Source: Candidatus Asbonarchaeaceae archaeon | Lineage (GTDB): Archaea > Nanohalarchaeota > Nanosalinia > Nanosalinales > Nanoanaerosalinaceae | Length of the DNA: 40,867 nt | Assembly (NCBI GenBank): GCA_034190605.1 | Contig: JAXINT010000063.1 | Location: 1-40,867 of the forward strand | Direction: 5' to 3' | Shown: one piece after another, positions 39,232-40,867 of the stretch | Numbering within the stretch: position 1 is the stretch's first letter | How the letters are laid out: each line of letters opens with the position of its first letter | The notes under the pieces: generated by a model | Seen by the model: the letters and a program-made list of their open reading frames with translations, nothing else | Databases searched by the model: none | What the model was told of the DNA's origin: nothing | Position numbers and translations under genes: made by a program

Positions 39232-40867
39232 TTTCGACTCCACAAACACCTTCGAGAACAACGAACCATTCAAACGGCACCTAGACAAACCGAGCTTCAC
39301 ATTATCAGTCCAGTGAACCATACTCGAACTTGTGCCACCAAGACTAGCACCGTTCTGGTTATCCACAGTCACGCGCGAAACTTGGTTCGTGCTGTTCAGA
39401 GGGAAAGGCCCGTACGTCCTAGTCTCGTCAGAGTCGCTGTCATACCAGTCGACCGTAAACGTGTTCTTCGCATTATTCAACCGGACAGTGAACTTCCTCC
39501 AAACCTGGTAATTCTTGCTCCAAGGCATAGGCCCAGCGTTACCGCCGTACTCAAAACCGTTACCGCTGAAAATCTGGAGCTCAGGGTTGTCAACACCGAC
39601 GAAGAGTAGTCTTTTACCGTTCGCATCCTTCAGGCTCATACCTCCACCCGTACTGTTTGAAGTCTCACGGTACCAGAACGAGAACTCCTCCACGTCCGTA
39701 TCTGCCGAAAGATTGTGGTAGGCCTGAGTGCCGTCGCTGACGTTCGACCCTCCACTGTCATGCAAGAAGCTGACGCTTCCATTCTGAGCGTAAGCCGTAT
39801 CAGCCTCTCCTTTCAGATCAGACGTGTCAGTCCAGTTTGTAGGGTAGCTTCCATCGGAAAGACCCTCGAAGCTGTCCTTGAACGTGTTACCTACAGGCTT
39901 CAGTTCGAGTTCGTGCCAGCTTCCGGCAACAGGGTCGGATAAGTAGGTCTTCAAGTCTATCTTCGAGCTCGTACCTAACACACCTAGATCAGTGATCCTT
40001 GTAACCTTGCTGCCGTCCACGAACACGTCTACATCCACTTTCGGCTCCGTATCAGGAGAGAATAGGCCGTAAGCTGGTTCCCCTGAATTACTTGACGACT
40101 CCGAAACCGTGTTCCCTAGAGCTGTAGTGGAGGTCTCTGTAGTTCCTAGAGCGCTTGTTGAAGTGTCTGAGATTGAGACGTCGTGCGTGTGCTGTCCGAC
40201 CTGCAAGATGTTAAGTGAAACCGTCATGTCTTCAGCTTCATCACTGTTGTTGTCGAGTGTAGCTGAAATCTGGTCGTTGTCGAGTATGGCTGTCTCTCGG
40301 AACTGTACAGTTACAGGGCCTTTCTCACTACCAGCGATTATATCAGTATCACTGTATAATGTGGTTCCCTCGTCGTCGTTGGTAACGGTCAAATCCCATC
40401 CGTTCGTCGACGAAGTGGAGTTGGTAGTATAAATGGTGACAGTTATTAGTGCGTAGTCTTGGCTAAATGTTACATCTAGATTTGACCGGCTTATTGTCGT
40501 GGTGAGGCTTCCTCCAGAAGAGATAAATCCATAGTCGTTGGATGTTGCCCAGTTCGTTGAGACGTCGGACGCAGTTGAGGTCGTGCTGTCAGATACGTCG
40601 TGACTGTGTGACGGATGGGTTACATCGTGACTGTGTGACGGGTGGGTTACATCTACTGTGTGGCTGTGAGGCTCATTCCTGACATAACCTCTGAACTCAT
40701 CTCTCGACAGATTAAGCTCCAATTTGTTCACAGCTACAGCATCTTCAGGGACGTAGAACTGCGTTGTCAGTGGGTGGTCGTCATCCGCGTTATCGACAAA
40801 GTTCTGCGAGTCGATGTTCGTAGCTCCCTGCATGTTCGTGCTGGTCGTATCCGTATCTCTCTTTATG
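39226..40867 (-). CDS. Tail fibre C-terminal part: HxH-repeat shaft and beta-sandwich (ConA/LamG-like) tip; reading frame open at the right window edge
   Basis: The frame has no stop between 40867 and the TAA at 39228..39226. The track start (ATG 40833) is an internal Met of the sequence repeated at bases 1-45. HxH motifs: 'HSHTVDVTHPSHSHDVTHPSHSHDV' and 'GQHTHDV'. The C-terminal ~200 aa ('EEFSFWYRETSNSTGGGMSLKDANGKRLLFVGV...WRKFTVRLNNAKNTFTVDWYD') look like a jelly-roll lectin. Confidence 0.75.
   Translation of the reverse strand, partial: IKRDTDTTSTNMQGATNIDSQNFVDNADDDHPLTTQFYVPEDAVAVNKLELNLSRDEFRGYVRNEPHSHTVDVTHPSHSHDVTHPSHSHDVSDSTTSTASDVSTNWATSNDYGFISSGGSLTTTISRSNLDVTFSQDYALITVTIYTTNSTSSTNGWDLTVTNDDEGTTLYSDTDIIAGSEKGPVTVQFRETAILDNDQISATLDNNSDEAEDMTVSLNILQVGQHTHDVSISDTSTSALGTTETSTTALGNTVSESSSNSGEPAYGLFSPDTEPKVDVDVFVDGSKVTRITDLGVLGTSSKIDLKTYLSDPVAGSWHELELKPVGNTFKDSFEGLSDGSYPTNWTDTSDLKGEADTAYAQNGSVSFLHDSGGSNVSDGTQAYHNLSADTDVEEFSFWYRETSNSTGGGMSLKDANGKRLLFVGVDNPELQIFSGNGFEYGGNAGPMPWSKNYQVWRKFTVRLNNAKNTFTVDWYDSDSDETRTYGPFPLNSTNQVSRVTVDNQNGASLGGTSSSMVHWTDNVKLGLSRCRLNGSLFSKVFVESKL
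40595..40675 (-). repeat. Three tandem 27-bp repeats encoding HxH(xH) motifs
   Basis: acgtcgtgactgtgtgacggatgggtt / acatcgtgactgtgtgacgggtgggtt / acatctactgtgtggctgtgaggctca. The translated units are HSHDVTHPS-type. Confidence 0.85.
40823..40867. repeat. Right copy of imperfect terminal direct repeat
   Basis: 43/45 identical to bases 1-45, and in the same reading frame on the minus strand. Confidence 0.9.

Noticed and set aside
1-40867. Diversity-generating retroelement targeting the fibre
   Set aside because: No reverse transcriptase ORF is present, and no template/variable repeat pair is visible. The fibre repeats are in-frame structural repeats.
1-40867. The bare pattern GAC-N6-GTC as a significant motif by itself
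   Set aside because: A 6-specified-base palindromic pattern is expected about ten times by chance in 41 kb. Only the extended cassette consensus and its fixed position relative to TATA and ATG are treated as meaningful.

Overview
This window looks like an essentially complete ~40.8-kb genome of a tailed, HK97-type (siphovirus-like) archaeal virus. The host is probably a halophilic archaeon. Supporting evidence: predicted proteins are strongly acidic, TATA boxes sit 21-24 nt upstream of many start codons (leaderless transcripts), GGAGGTGA-type SD sites occur inside operons, and there are archaeal-type MCM, RPA, TFB and PolD-DP1-like genes. Nearly all genes are on the minus strand. The late module runs terS (18361), a membrane ORF, terL, portal, protease/scaffold, MCP, connector and neck genes, major tail protein, chaperone G/GT (apparent -1 frameshift), tape measure, small tail-tip genes, and a giant hub/fibre ORF. 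That ORF runs off the left edge. Through a 43/45-nt terminal repeat it continues in frame into the fibre ORF at the right edge, so the genome is circular, circularly permuted or terminally redundant. The 17.8-39.2 kb region holds small early/middle genes, a 0.8-kb switch-like non-coding region, a short plus-strand RPA operon, a glycosyltransferase/phosphodiesterase/nuclease operon, a tRNA-like gene with insertions followed directly by an HNH gene, a TFB-like factor and an MCM-like helicase split by a frame change. I see no integrase, DNA polymerase catalytic subunit, CRISPR array or transposon. The most notable observations are: (1) a second promoter class built from a conserved cassette, together with a virus-encoded TFB-like protein; (2) two GC-rich, hairpin-dense non-coding islands (26.1-26.4 kb and 34.08-34.43 kb, the latter containing the tRNA-like element); (3) the MCM +1 frame split at a T4 run; (4) glycosylation genes both in the head module and in an early operon. 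All functional calls come from motif recognition by eye. No database search was run.
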